Source of the DNA: Blastocatellia bacterium
GTDB taxonomy: Bacteria > Acidobacteriota > Blastocatellia > UBA7656
Reading direction: 5' to 3'
Assembly: GCA_023265195.1 (NCBI GenBank)
Contig: JAHFUG010000003.1
Span: 10,210-48,717 of the forward strand
Length of the DNA: 38,508 bases
Of the stretch, positions 9,348-17,936 are shown one piece after another. A program made the translations under genes and the position numbers. Position 1 is the first letter of the stretch, and every line of letters begins with the position of its first letter. Under the pieces are notes generated by a model that was given only the letters and a program-made list of their open reading frames with translations, was not told where the DNA came from and ran no database searches.

Positions 9348-9589
9348 GGTCTGGAGTTTGGCCATTTATTCCTCCCCTCCGTAGGAGGGTCATGTTTATA
9401 GTACGTGTGGTGGGACGCTCCGCCCTCCGTAGGAGGGCCATGTGTTCTCTGAAATGGAGGCAGCCTTTATTGTTCGCTTGAAATACAGATGGACATGGCC
9501 CTCCTAACGGAGGGCGGAACATCCCGCCACACTACCATAAACATTGCCCTCCTACGGAGGGCGGAAGAAAAATGGCCAAGCTCCAGACC
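9348..9589. mobile_element. Palindromic MITE/REPIN-like element, family A, copy 1
   Basis: About 96-bp imperfect inverted arms (9348-9443 and 9493-9589); termini GGTCTGGAGTTTGGCCATTT / AAATGGCCAAGCTCCAGACC; each arm has two CCCTCC-GTA-GGAGGG type hairpins. Confidence 0.8.
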
Positions 9590-9785
9590 TCACGGAAGTG
9601 AGGTGTTAATGAGAGCGGCGCACAACCTGAAAGGCCACCGCGCTGCCAATCTGCTCACTGAGGCAAAGCCGCACTTCTGATTGCACCAGATTTGACCTGT
9701 TCTCCTTCGACTCTCTTCTCTCTCTTTGACTAGACTCCGGCGCTATGTTAATTTCACGAACCTGAGTAATCGGATCGGAGGCGCT

Positions 9786-10121
9786 ATGGACATAAGAGAA
9801 CGAGTCGTAAACGGAATCAGCGTGCTGGACATCTCGGGCAAGATAAGCCTTGGTGAGGGCGATTTGCAGATCAAGGACAGAATCAAGGATCTGCTGGCTG
9901 ACGGCCAGCGCCGCATTCTTTTGAATCTCGCCGATGTCAGCTACATGGATTCGGCCGGCTTGGGCTCGCTCATCAGCAGCTACGCCACCGTCAAGCGAGA
10001 GGGCGGGAATTTGAAACTCGTTAACCTGACCAAGCGCGTCAAGGATTTGCTTGTTATTACGAAACTCATCACCGTCTTTGACACATTTGAAGACGAGGCC
10101 TCCGCCGTGGGTAGCTTTTGA
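9786..10121 (+). CDS. STAS-domain anti-sigma factor antagonist
   Basis: GGAGG RBS; ILLNLADVSYMDSAGLGSL motif with the phosphorylatable Ser. Confidence 0.92.
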   Translation: MDIRERVVNGISVLDISGKISLGEGDLQIKDRIKDLLADGQRRILLNLADVSYMDSAGLGSLISSYATVKREGGNLKLVNLTKRVKDLLVITKLITVFDTFEDEASAVGSF

Positions 10122-10142
10122 AAATGACGGACCAACATCTCT

Positions 10143-11240
10143 CTACCGCTGTTGGGACATCAGCGCCTTAACCCGGTCGATGCTCTGCTGTATTGAATGA
10201 TCATTCGAGCCACTGGCCGCGAGGGCCTTTTCGTAGATTCTAAGAGCTTGCTGATATTGTTTGTCGCTCTCGTAGACATAAGCAAGCTCGGACAAAGCTG
10301 GAATCGAACCTGGGATCATCTGAATCGTCATCTCCAGCGCTTCCATCGCCTTTCTCATTTGGCCGCTGCGCGAAAGCGATACGCCGTAATATAGCCACGC
10401 CTGGCCGTCGGAAGGAGTTGCTTTCGCGATCTTCTCGAGTGGCGCGACGGCCTTATCGAATTGACGAGCCCCCATGCAGGCGCGTCCCAAAATGTCAGCG
10501 CTCCTCAGATCGTCCCTTAACGCGGCCAGGCGCTCGCCGGCCGCAACCGCCTCAACCCACGCCGGCTTGGCGGCAGTCTTACCGGCCTTGCGCATGAGAC
10601 TGTTAGCAAGCAACTCGAGCGTGTTGATATCCTCAGGATTGGTTTTGACAGCCTCTTTCAAGGCCGCCGCGGCCCGATCGTCGTCCTCGCGCTTGAAGTA
10701 CATCGCTCCAAGATAATAGTAGTCCGCGCTTGCTTCCTTGCCCTGGTCCCCCGCCCGCGAGCTCGCCGCCAGCAGCGGCGCGGCTTCGTCATAACGCTCG
10801 AGGAAGAAGTATGACCTGCCCAACGCGCGACGCGCGCTGGGATCCACTTCGTGCTTTGACGAAGTAGCGATTTCGATGTAACGGCTGAGCGGCTTCAGAG
10901 CAGGTTCGTATTCCTTCAGCAGGTAGTGAGCGAAACCGATCGTGTACCATGCGCCTTCGATATCCTGCGACGAAGGCGACTGAATCTCGAGCAGATCGAT
11001 GGCGTGAGTCAAGGGAACCTCGACTCCGTTGTATCGCTTGAGCTTGAACCGGCACAGCCCGATGTAATACCAGGCCCCGGCGGCGTCGGGCCGCTCCGTG
11101 GCGATATCTTGAAACTCCGCCAACGCCCGGTCATACTCACCCTTCTTGTAAAGCGAGACTCCACGTTCCCAATCGGCGGCTGATGCGGACACTGCGAGCA
11201 GAATCAGAAATGCGGCGGCGGATCGGATAGCGCGAATCAT
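10143..11240 (-). CDS. Secreted tetratricopeptide-repeat protein
   Basis: Signal peptide ending ASA-AD; repeated TPR patterns (AWYYIGLCRF, AWYTIGFAHY, YYYLGAMYF, AWLYYGVSL). Confidence 0.88.
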   Translation of the reverse strand: MIRAIRSAAAFLILLAVSASAADWERGVSLYKKGEYDRALAEFQDIATERPDAAGAWYYIGLCRFKLKRYNGVEVPLTHAIDLLEIQSPSSQDIEGAWYTIGFAHYLLKEYEPALKPLSRYIEIATSSKHEVDPSARRALGRSYFFLERYDEAAPLLAASSRAGDQGKEASADYYYLGAMYFKREDDDRAAAALKEAVKTNPEDINTLELLANSLMRKAGKTAAKPAWVEAVAAGERLAALRDDLRSADILGRACMGARQFDKAVAPLEKIAKATPSDGQAWLYYGVSLSRSGQMRKAMEALEMTIQMIPGSIPALSELAYVYESDKQYQQALRIYEKALAASGSNDHSIQQSIDRVKALMSQQR

Positions 11241-11296
11241 AAGGTCGAATTATTGCACGGCCCTCAGCAACTGTCGAAGAGAGAAGTCATTGTCTA

Positions 11297-11492
11297 AGTG
11301 GGCTTAAAGGAAATGAGTTCCCTTTTTCGAGGGATGTTCACCGCGGAGGCAAGGGACCGCGGAGATGGACGCAGAGTAGTCTTACTCTACGCGGCTTTCC
11401 GCCACTCCGCGGTGAGGTCCTCACTTCACCGCCGGTCCTCATCTCGTGCTGCCGCATAACTCAAAAACGGGAAGTTATGTTTTTTCAATTCC
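11297..11492. mobile_element. MITE family B, degenerate copy
   Basis: Collinear with 20814-21011 (GTTCCCTTTTTCGAGGGA...TTCACCGC...CCGCGGTGA...CCTCACTTCACCG...GCATAACTCAAAA..CGGGAAGTTA); ends approximate. Confidence 0.75.
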
Positions 11493-11526
11493 TACGGTAA
11501 GTTATTCTTTTGCGCCCTCTCTAAGG

Positions 11527-12492
11527 CTAAACGGGCGGGCGGAGCTTGGGTTTGAATATCTGGCGTAAATCGCGTTCCGGCGTCTTCTTCTCCGATTCTC
11601 TTGTAATCGGATCCGCGCCGCGGCTCCGCCGGAAGTTGTACCTAATCAACGCGCGCACGCTGACCGGTTCGCCGTTCCGAATGGCTGGAGTGAACTTGAG
11701 TTGCTTTATGGCCCGAACGGCGGAGCTTTCTAGTCCATAACCCGCCCACCGAATAATCTCGACCTCACCTATAACGCCGTCCGAGCTAAGAACCACCCGC
11801 GCCTCGACGGTAGCGCTCACGTCCGCGCGGTCGGCTTCTTCGGGATAGTCGGGCCTGACTCTGTTCAGAAACTCCGGAGCCTTGAAGCCTTCCCGGCGTG
11901 GAGAGTCCTCATCAGGCATGTCTTCGATTAGTTCGCCCGAGCGCAGCGCCGCTTTTCGCCCACGCGACGATTCCCATTGAACAACCTCATTGATGTAGGT
12001 TGAGAAGCGGGCGCCGAGATCTTTTGCGGCGCTCCCCGACGCGGATTCCGTGCTTGCTGCTTTATCAGCAATAAAGTCAAACAGAACCATCTCCCCGGCG
12101 CGGCCGTCAACGATGAACACGCCAACCAGAGCCTCAACGAAAGAGGCGTTCTCTCGATCGCTCCGGGTTATCAACTCGGCTTTTCCGATTATGAAGAAAT
12201 CGCATCCGACGGCGGAGCCCAGCCGCCTCGCCTCTTCACGGCTCAGGTTTATTGAACCGTCGTAGAGCGCTCCCCTGACCGCCGCCAGGACCTGACCTGG
12301 ATCTATGATCGATATACGCTCGTCACCGGCCAAGGCTTCGGTGATTACGCGCTCAACCGGCGTCTTGGCGTTCCCCGTGAATCCTATTAACGCCACGCGA
12401 GGCGGCTGGTTTGATTGAGTAATCGGTGGGTCAGAACCCAGGCGCCCAGGCGAGAGAAGGAGAAGAAAGAGCAAAGCCCGGAATCGAATCAT
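11527..12492 (-). CDS. TonB C-terminal domain protein with CsgG/TolB_N-like N-terminal domain
   Basis: C-terminal PDYPEEA...TVEARVVLSSDG...SAVRAIKQLKFTPAIRNGEPV; N-terminal RVALIGF...RRLGSAVGCDFFIIG. Confidence 0.8.
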   Translation of the reverse strand: MIRFRALLFLLLLSPGRLGSDPPITQSNQPPRVALIGFTGNAKTPVERVITEALAGDERISIIDPGQVLAAVRGALYDGSINLSREEARRLGSAVGCDFFIIGKAELITRSDRENASFVEALVGVFIVDGRAGEMVLFDFIADKAASTESASGSAAKDLGARFSTYINEVVQWESSRGRKAALRSGELIEDMPDEDSPRREGFKAPEFLNRVRPDYPEEADRADVSATVEARVVLSSDGVIGEVEIIRWAGYGLESSAVRAIKQLKFTPAIRNGEPVSVRALIRYNFRRSRGADPITRESEKKTPERDLRQIFKPKLRPPV

Positions 12493-12508
12493 CTACTCAA
12501 GCTTGCCG

Positions 12509-13606
12509 CTATCTGTTCAAGAACGCAAACAAAACGATTAACGGCAGACCTACTATGTATGCGAGATACAAATAGGCTCTCTTGTTCCCAAAATTCATCG
12601 TGTACCCGATCCCCAGCCGCTTCTCCACAAACAGCGACGGGTCATCAGGGTTGCAGTAAACCAGTCCTCCGCTGTACCAGCGCGCCGCATCCCGGCTGGT
12701 TTCAACGTAGACTCGCCCAGTCGCGTTTTTGAGATCGTGATTGATCTTGAACAGGCGAATGATGTAATACCCCGTTACCGTCACCATTGCCGCGGACGAG
12801 ATCATCGTCGTTATTGTGATCACGCCCTTCATGAATTGGAATTGACTCATCGTCGTGAAGATCATGTTGAGCGACAGGCCGGCAAACATCACCGTGACCG
12901 TTACTCGGATCCAGTCCATCAGCCTCATCGTCGCAATCAAAGATTGTTCTTTGAAATGATAATATTCTTCGGTGTGCTCCGCCGGCAGAGTGATCTTCAC
13001 TTCCATCAAGCCTTGTTTCATCATGAAGAAAAGGCCCTGCATGTATACCGTCATGAAGGGCAACATGAACACCATGCCCACGCTTTTTCGAGCCCAGCCG
13101 TCCGCGTCTCCCCGAAAATTGTAGTGAATGGGAACCCTCGCGGGTATCTCCGGATAGAAATAGATCAAGACGAGGAACGGAGCCACGGCAAGAGCCGCTA
13201 TCGCCACTTCGAAAGGGATCGACGTGTGATCGTGAAACCTCCGCGGCTCCAGCGAAGAAGCGAACCGCTGCTTCTCTTCGGCCATTTCGAACGTCTTCAC
13301 CTGTCTGTAGAAGAGCGCGTAAAAGATGATCCCTGCCGGAAGCAGCAACCAGACAGACGCCATCCTCGCGAGCGTGACCTCCGGCCTATAGAAGGAAACC
13401 AGCGCCGCCAGAACTTCGATCTCAACGAAGGTCATGACCAGCCAGAACCGGTAACGGTGTAGAATTCGCCGGCCCTCGCCCTGGTACACTTCCGGGCTGA
13501 CACGAACGCCGAAGAACGCGTCTTCTCCCTTCATCACGGGCAGCGCCATCAGGCTGATGAGCAGGCCCAGATCGATGATGAAAACAAGAATGAATGCTGC
13601 TGACAT
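12509..13606 (-). CDS. DUF1648/DUF5808 multi-pass membrane protein
   Basis: YPEIPARVPIHYNFRGDADGWARKS (DUF1648) and WYSGGLVYCNPDDPSLFVEKRLGIGYTMNFGN (DUF5808); FFGVRV motif; many TM helices. Confidence 0.85.
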   Translation of the reverse strand: MSAAFILVFIIDLGLLISLMALPVMKGEDAFFGVRVSPEVYQGEGRRILHRYRFWLVMTFVEIEVLAALVSFYRPEVTLARMASVWLLLPAGIIFYALFYRQVKTFEMAEEKQRFASSLEPRRFHDHTSIPFEVAIAALAVAPFLVLIYFYPEIPARVPIHYNFRGDADGWARKSVGMVFMLPFMTVYMQGLFFMMKQGLMEVKITLPAEHTEEYYHFKEQSLIATMRLMDWIRVTVTVMFAGLSLNMIFTTMSQFQFMKGVITITTMISSAAMVTVTGYYIIRLFKINHDLKNATGRVYVETSRDAARWYSGGLVYCNPDDPSLFVEKRLGIGYTMNFGNKRAYLYLAYIVGLPLIVLFAFLNR

Positions 13607-13630
13607 ATTCCACCCGGCCTAACGCGGACT

Positions 13631-13688
13631 CTAGTCGTTTATGCTGATCGTTACGAGAAGCCTGTTCGCGTTTCCCGCAAGTACCACC
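13631..13688. repeat. CTAG-terminated 58-bp dispersed repeat, family C
   Basis: CTAGTCGTTTATGCTGATCGTTACGAGAAGCCTGTTCGCGTTTCCC...ACCACC recurs in reverse orientation at 33401-33458. Confidence 0.8.
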
Positions 13689-13693
13689 CCGAG

Positions 13694-13763
13694 CTCCGAA
13701 CTCCGCACTCCGAACTCCGAACTCCGAACTCCGCACTCCGAACTCCCAACTCCGCACTCCGCC
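13694..13763. repeat. Tandem heptamer array, 10 x CTCCG(A/C)A-like
   Basis: Ten 7-bp units counted directly, two of them variant (CTCCCAA, CTCCGCC). Confidence 0.95.
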
Positions 13764-13769
13764 TCTGCG

Positions 13770-15560
13770 TTACATCTTTTTCGTGTGAGCGACGATCCAA
13801 TCTCCCATCGTCTCGAGCGCTATTGGAGCAATCGTCTCCTCGATCCTTCCATATTCAGCAGGCGATCCGGTAGTGCTCGTTTGAAACAGATGATTCAGCC
13901 CCGGCAGCAACACCGTCTTATAATCCTTGTTGCCGCCCTCAGCCAGCGCCTTTGCTATCTCCGAGAGGTCTTCTTTAGGCGGCACCTGAAGATCGCGTTC
14001 GCCATTCACGGCCAGGACTGGACACTTCACGCTCTTCAACACGGTGCGCGGGTCATAGACCAGGAAATAGCGAAACCAGGGCGACAGCACGGTCTTGAAC
14101 TGGGCGTCGAGCGCGCCGGGACTCCCAATCGCCTTCTTCTGATCCTCAGGCAGTTGCTCCATCAACTTTGAAACGCTTTCTCTCATCCGCTTTTCCGCGA
14201 CGCCGTTGTCTTTCTCTTCCTTGAGTATGGTGAAGATAGCGCGCTGAACCTTCTGGTTCGCCGCGATCGCATCATCGCCGGCTCCTGAAGCCTTCTCGAT
14301 AAGAGCGGATTGGAGATAGAGAATCTCCTCGCCGGTCAGTCCGGTTCCAGCCATCAACACGATGAATGCAATGTCCTTCGATTTAGCCGCCGCCATCGGC
14401 GCGATGATCCCGCCCTCGCTGTGGCCGATCAGACCGATTTGACTCGGGTTGATCTCTTTTCGGCTTTTCAGGAACTCGACGCCCGCCAGAACGTCTCCGG
14501 CGAAGTCCTCGCAGGTTGAACTCATAATGTTGCCCGTCGAGCCTCCAACGCCTCGGTCGTCAACGCGCAGCACCGCAATGCCGCGCCTGGTGAGGTAATC
14601 CGACAGCACTAAGAAAGGCTTGTGACCCATCAGCGCTTCATTGCGATCCTGCGGGCCGGAGCCGGTGATCAGCAGCACGGCGGGAAACGGTCCTTTCTCT
14701 CTCGGCAGGGTTAGGATACCGGCGAGATGAACGCCGTCGGCTTTATTGTTGTAAGCGACTTCTTCTTCATTATACGGATAGGGTTTCTTCGGCTCCTGCG
14801 GCCGCAGGACCGGGGCTAAGGGTTTTGTCGTCCGCTTGAAGGTCAGCGGCAAGCTCAAGGCGCCTTGCTTCCACTCGCCGGTCATCTCCGAGTCGTCCTT
14901 GTTCAGCTTTCCATCGTAAGCCCCTTGGATGATCTTTAACTCGAAGTTAACCGAGTCGTCCTTCTGAACCACCGAGCTTACCGGAATGTCGCCGGCGCCC
15001 TGGTCCGGGCTGTCCATCTTCGCGGTCAGCGCGCCGTCGCTACCCTTCGCCACTTTCAGTATGAGCCGGAGCTTAACGCCGTTGATATCGAGCGTTCCTT
15101 CCCAGTTGCCTTCGACGCCGCGGCTGGCTTGAATACTCGAGGACTCGGCGGGCTTGGCCGGAGGCGCGGAGCCGAGTTGGGCGGAACCCTTTCGTTCGAG
15201 CTTGAACGGAACATTCGCGCCTCCCTGTGATAGCTCACCGATTATCTTGGAACCGTCATCGGAGAGTTTGCCTTTGAAAGCCGGATCGCCCGGAACGCCC
15301 GCCATCGCGAACGCGACGTCCGAGCCTTGAGCCGTAATTCCTGAAAGTGGAAAGTCCTTTAATCCCTGCGGTGGAACCGCGATCGCGCCCTTCCATTTGC
15401 CGTCTTTGTCTTGATCGAGATCGACGATAATCTCGAGATTCATACTTGGAACTTCGATCGCGCCTTCCCAGTGGCCTCGCGCATCCGGCTTCTGAGCCAA
15501 TGCGGACGCCGTGAAAAGAAGAAGCAGCAGCAAAGTTGATACCAACAACTTGATTTTCAT
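13770..15560 (-). CDS. Secreted alpha/beta-fold serine hydrolase with two N-terminal beta-rich repeats
   Basis: GGAGG RBS, ATG 15560, signal peptide; GSGPQDRNE, DDRGVGGS, nucleophile GHSEGG, GERDLQV (Asp), LNHLFQ (His); two GxWEG...(S/P)PxQG domains. Confidence 0.9.
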   Translation of the reverse strand: MKIKLLVSTLLLLLLFTASALAQKPDARGHWEGAIEVPSMNLEIIVDLDQDKDGKWKGAIAVPPQGLKDFPLSGITAQGSDVAFAMAGVPGDPAFKGKLSDDGSKIIGELSQGGANVPFKLERKGSAQLGSAPPAKPAESSSIQASRGVEGNWEGTLDINGVKLRLILKVAKGSDGALTAKMDSPDQGAGDIPVSSVVQKDDSVNFELKIIQGAYDGKLNKDDSEMTGEWKQGALSLPLTFKRTTKPLAPVLRPQEPKKPYPYNEEEVAYNNKADGVHLAGILTLPREKGPFPAVLLITGSGPQDRNEALMGHKPFLVLSDYLTRRGIAVLRVDDRGVGGSTGNIMSSTCEDFAGDVLAGVEFLKSRKEINPSQIGLIGHSEGGIIAPMAAAKSKDIAFIVLMAGTGLTGEEILYLQSALIEKASGAGDDAIAANQKVQRAIFTILKEEKDNGVAEKRMRESVSKLMEQLPEDQKKAIGSPGALDAQFKTVLSPWFRYFLVYDPRTVLKSVKCPVLAVNGERDLQVPPKEDLSEIAKALAEGGNKDYKTVLLPGLNHLFQTSTTGSPAEYGRIEETIAPIALETMGDWIVAHTKKM

Positions 15561-15602
15561 TGATCCTCCAATCCTGGTAACGATCCCATATCGAGAGTAC
15601 TG

Positions 15603-15739
15603 GCCCACAAGAAAGCACAAGAGTCGCGTGGTTGCTTGACTTCCCCAAGCCGCATTGGCTACTACGCCAGCGGCCTGCTTCCGGTTCTTCTCTCGTCACT
15701 CCCTTCCATCATTTTGAGGCTCTTGTGCTTCTTTGTGGC
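15603..15739. repeat. Inverted-repeat element, family D (CCACAA...GCACA arms)
   Basis: GCCCACAAGAAAGCACAAGAG ... CTCTTGTGCTTCTTTGTGGC. Confidence 0.65.
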
Positions 15740-15824
15740 TATTTTGTTCCCATGTGACGGCCATCCGGAATATTCCTGACGGCCTCTCGAGTGTATCCAG
15801 AAGTCCGTTCGGAGCATGGCTGAT

Positions 15825-16205
15825 TCACCTCGTTCCTTTCAGCAGCGCCTTCAATTCATCGGCAACGATGCTCAAGATTCTCGTTTTCGGCAGTCCGGCC
15901 AGCACCAACTGAGTCAGCGCCGCTCGAAGCGGCTTGCGCAATTCATCATCCCCGGTGTTATTCGAGATCTTCGAGGCGACTACCGCCCCAGACCCGTGCC
16001 TGACGGTGATGAGCCCTTCGTTCTGCAATTCTCTATAAGCGGTGGCGATAGTATTGAGGTTGACGCCGAGATCGGCGGCAAGCTGCCTGACCGGCGGAAG
16101 CTGCTCACCCTCTTCGAGCGACCCGCCCGCGATCAGGGCTTTTATCTCATCGACCACCTGCTGATAAATAGGCCGCCTGTCATCTTGGTCCACAGTTATA
16201 AACAT
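15825..16205 (-). CDS. GntR-family regulator, YtrA subfamily
   Basis: 126 aa; PIYQQVVDEIK, LPPVRQLAADLGVNLNTIATAYRELQNEG wHTH and a very short C-terminal domain. Confidence 0.92.
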   Translation of the reverse strand: MFITVDQDDRRPIYQQVVDEIKALIAGGSLEEGEQLPPVRQLAADLGVNLNTIATAYRELQNEGLITVRHGSGAVVASKISNNTGDDELRKPLRAALTQLVLAGLPKTRILSIVADELKALLKGTR

Positions 16206-16230
16206 CGCTCTTCCCAGTACGAAGAAAAGG

Positions 16231-16269
16231 TGTCTAGTGTTTCTATACACTAGACAATTTCGATGTCAA
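16231..16269 (-). promoter_or_regulatory. gntR promoter overlapped by a palindromic operator
   Basis: Perfect 10-bp arms TGTCTAGTGT-N6-ACACTAGACA (16231-16256); minus-strand TTGACA (16264-16269) with TATAGA 16 bp downstream, inside the palindrome. Confidence 0.8.
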
Positions 16270-16290
16270 CGAAAAGAAAAGACACTCAAC

Positions 16291-16983
16291 TCGGTGGCAA
16301 GTGATGGGACAGGAAGCAACGGGCTGTATACACAGGAGCTGTTAAAGTACATTCAACTGCCGGATTTGAGCATCGAGCAAGTCTTCAAGCAGGTGCGTAT
16401 TGCCGTGCGGAGCCAGACTCAGAGCAAGCAGATACCCTGGGAGTCATCTTCACTTGAAGGCGATTTTTATTTCTCTGTTCCGGCATCAGCCTCAAGTGGG
16501 ACAATGAATAACCCGCCAGCTACGGTTGACCCGGCGCCTGCTGAGTTGAGCTTTTGGGAAACAATAAAGAACAGTAACAATCGAGACGATTTTAAGGCGT
16601 ACCTAAGGGAATACCCAAATGGCAGATTTGCTTCATTGGCCAAAATACGGGCTAATCCCGACCCACAGCAGCTAGCGGCCGAGTTACAGGGAAAATGGGA
16701 AGGTGTCCTTAAACCTGCGGATAATCTTTCGCTAAGGGTCGTTCTTAGAATATCTAAAACTACTGATGGCCGGTACATTGGTCGATTGATTAGCCCTGAC
16801 CAGGATTCCAATGAGTTTTCCATAGACAAGTTGACGCTTACCAATAGAGTCCTACGCTTGGAGATAAAAACAATAGATTCTGTCTACGAAGGTAGGATTA
16901 ACGAAGCTGGCACTGAAATATCCGGCAACTGGAAACAAGCAGGTCAATCTTGGCCTTTAATATTTAGACGGGCGACCCAATAA
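16291..16983 (+). pseudogene. 5'-truncated caspase-family (peptidase C14) gene
   Basis: VASDGTGSNGLYTQELLK...IEQVFKQVR...QIPWESSSLEGDFYF is the C-terminal part of a C14 domain; the catalytic His/Cys half is missing; no credible start codon; AT-richer than its neighbours. Confidence 0.75.
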
Positions 16984-17212
16984 GACATGATAAGAAAAAT
17001 GATGGAATGATAGACATCCGTTTGAATCTCTACGAATATGGTGCGGCGGTGAAACTCGCTCCGTCGATGTTGCCCGCGTTGGCGTTGCCAACAGTCATAC
17101 GGAGCGCCCAACTCAAAAGCATAAGGAACCATAGGCCACTTAGCGAAACAACCTTGCAAAAACATTTTCGATATTTCAAGCGGCCAACGCAAAGCCCAAA
17201 AGCTGGCCGCGA

Positions 17213-17395
17213 CTAGTGGTGCGTGGCGGAAGTTTTATGGCCACAAAAAGGCGCAGAAGTCACAGAGACGAGAAAACAGACGGCACACCCCGGTTGGCCC
17301 CTGCTTTCGTAGCTTGGGCCACTTGCCATTCCCTTCCGTCTTGTGATTCTGTGCATCTTTGTGGCAGGCGGTTTATTTCCGCCGAGCACAACTAG
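17213..17395. mobile_element. CTAG-bounded palindromic MITE-like element with family D core
   Basis: Termini CTAGTGGTGCGTGGCGGAA / TTCCGCCGAGCACAACTAG; inner arms GCCACAAAAAGGCGCAGAAGTCACA / TGTGATTCTGTGCATCTTTGTGGC. Confidence 0.75.
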
Positions 17396-17399
17396 AACG

Positions 17400-17933
17400 T
17401 CAATGTTCCGCTCCAGCCACCGGCGCTCCCTTGCACCGGCCGCCCATTCTATCGGGATGATTGAGCCACTTCATCAATAACTCCGGCTCGATCTTGACCT
17501 GCACCACGGTCGCTTCCCGAGGCTCGATAGTGACAACCAATAACTTCACGTCGTTTCCAGCTTCCCTTGCGTAGATCCGAGTCCACTCACCTTGATCTCG
17601 TGAGAAAATCCGAACCAGTGGCCGCCAGTCCGGTCCAAGCGATGTCTCAATGTCGGCGTCGAATCCGGTGATGTCCGGCAGGACGCTGAAGTCCTGGTCT
17701 TCAAACACCGCCAGCTTGAACTCTTTCACGCCGCCGGGTTTGGCGGCCTTGACGAAGACGTTAGCGAGTCCAAGGAACGGTATCCTGGTGCGGCGAGCAT
17801 TGTAGCGTGACTCGATGTGGCGGACGACACGATCGAACTCATGGTCCATCGCCCAGACCGTGGCCGGCCCCGCCGCCAGAACCAGCACGAAGATCACAAA
17901 CTGGAGCGCAACTCTGTTCCGTAGTCTCATCAC
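17400..17933 (-). CDS. Secreted hypothetical protein, probably DUF4252-like
   Basis: Signal peptide; GVKEFKLAVFE, WRPLVRI and LLVVTIEPREATVVQV parallel motifs of the upstream gene; 3 bp from it. Confidence 0.7.
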   Translation of the reverse strand: MMRLRNRVALQFVIFVLVLAAGPATVWAMDHEFDRVVRHIESRYNARRTRIPFLGLANVFVKAAKPGGVKEFKLAVFEDQDFSVLPDITGFDADIETSLGPDWRPLVRIFSRDQGEWTRIYAREAGNDVKLLVVTIEPREATVVQVKIEPELLMKWLNHPDRMGGRCKGAPVAGAEH

Positions 17934-17936
17934 GGC

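Noticed and set aside
9131-9680. Three short ORFs
   Set aside because: Two are translations of the palindromic element (repeated ALLRRAE) and the third has no motif or RBS.
16237-16290. Start of a 248-aa gene at 16237, and gntR extension to 16250
   Set aside because: Both starts fall within the gntR operator/promoter and have no RBS.
16944-17216. ORFs 17007-17216 and 16944-17192
   Set aside because: No motifs; probably debris in the AT-richer patch.
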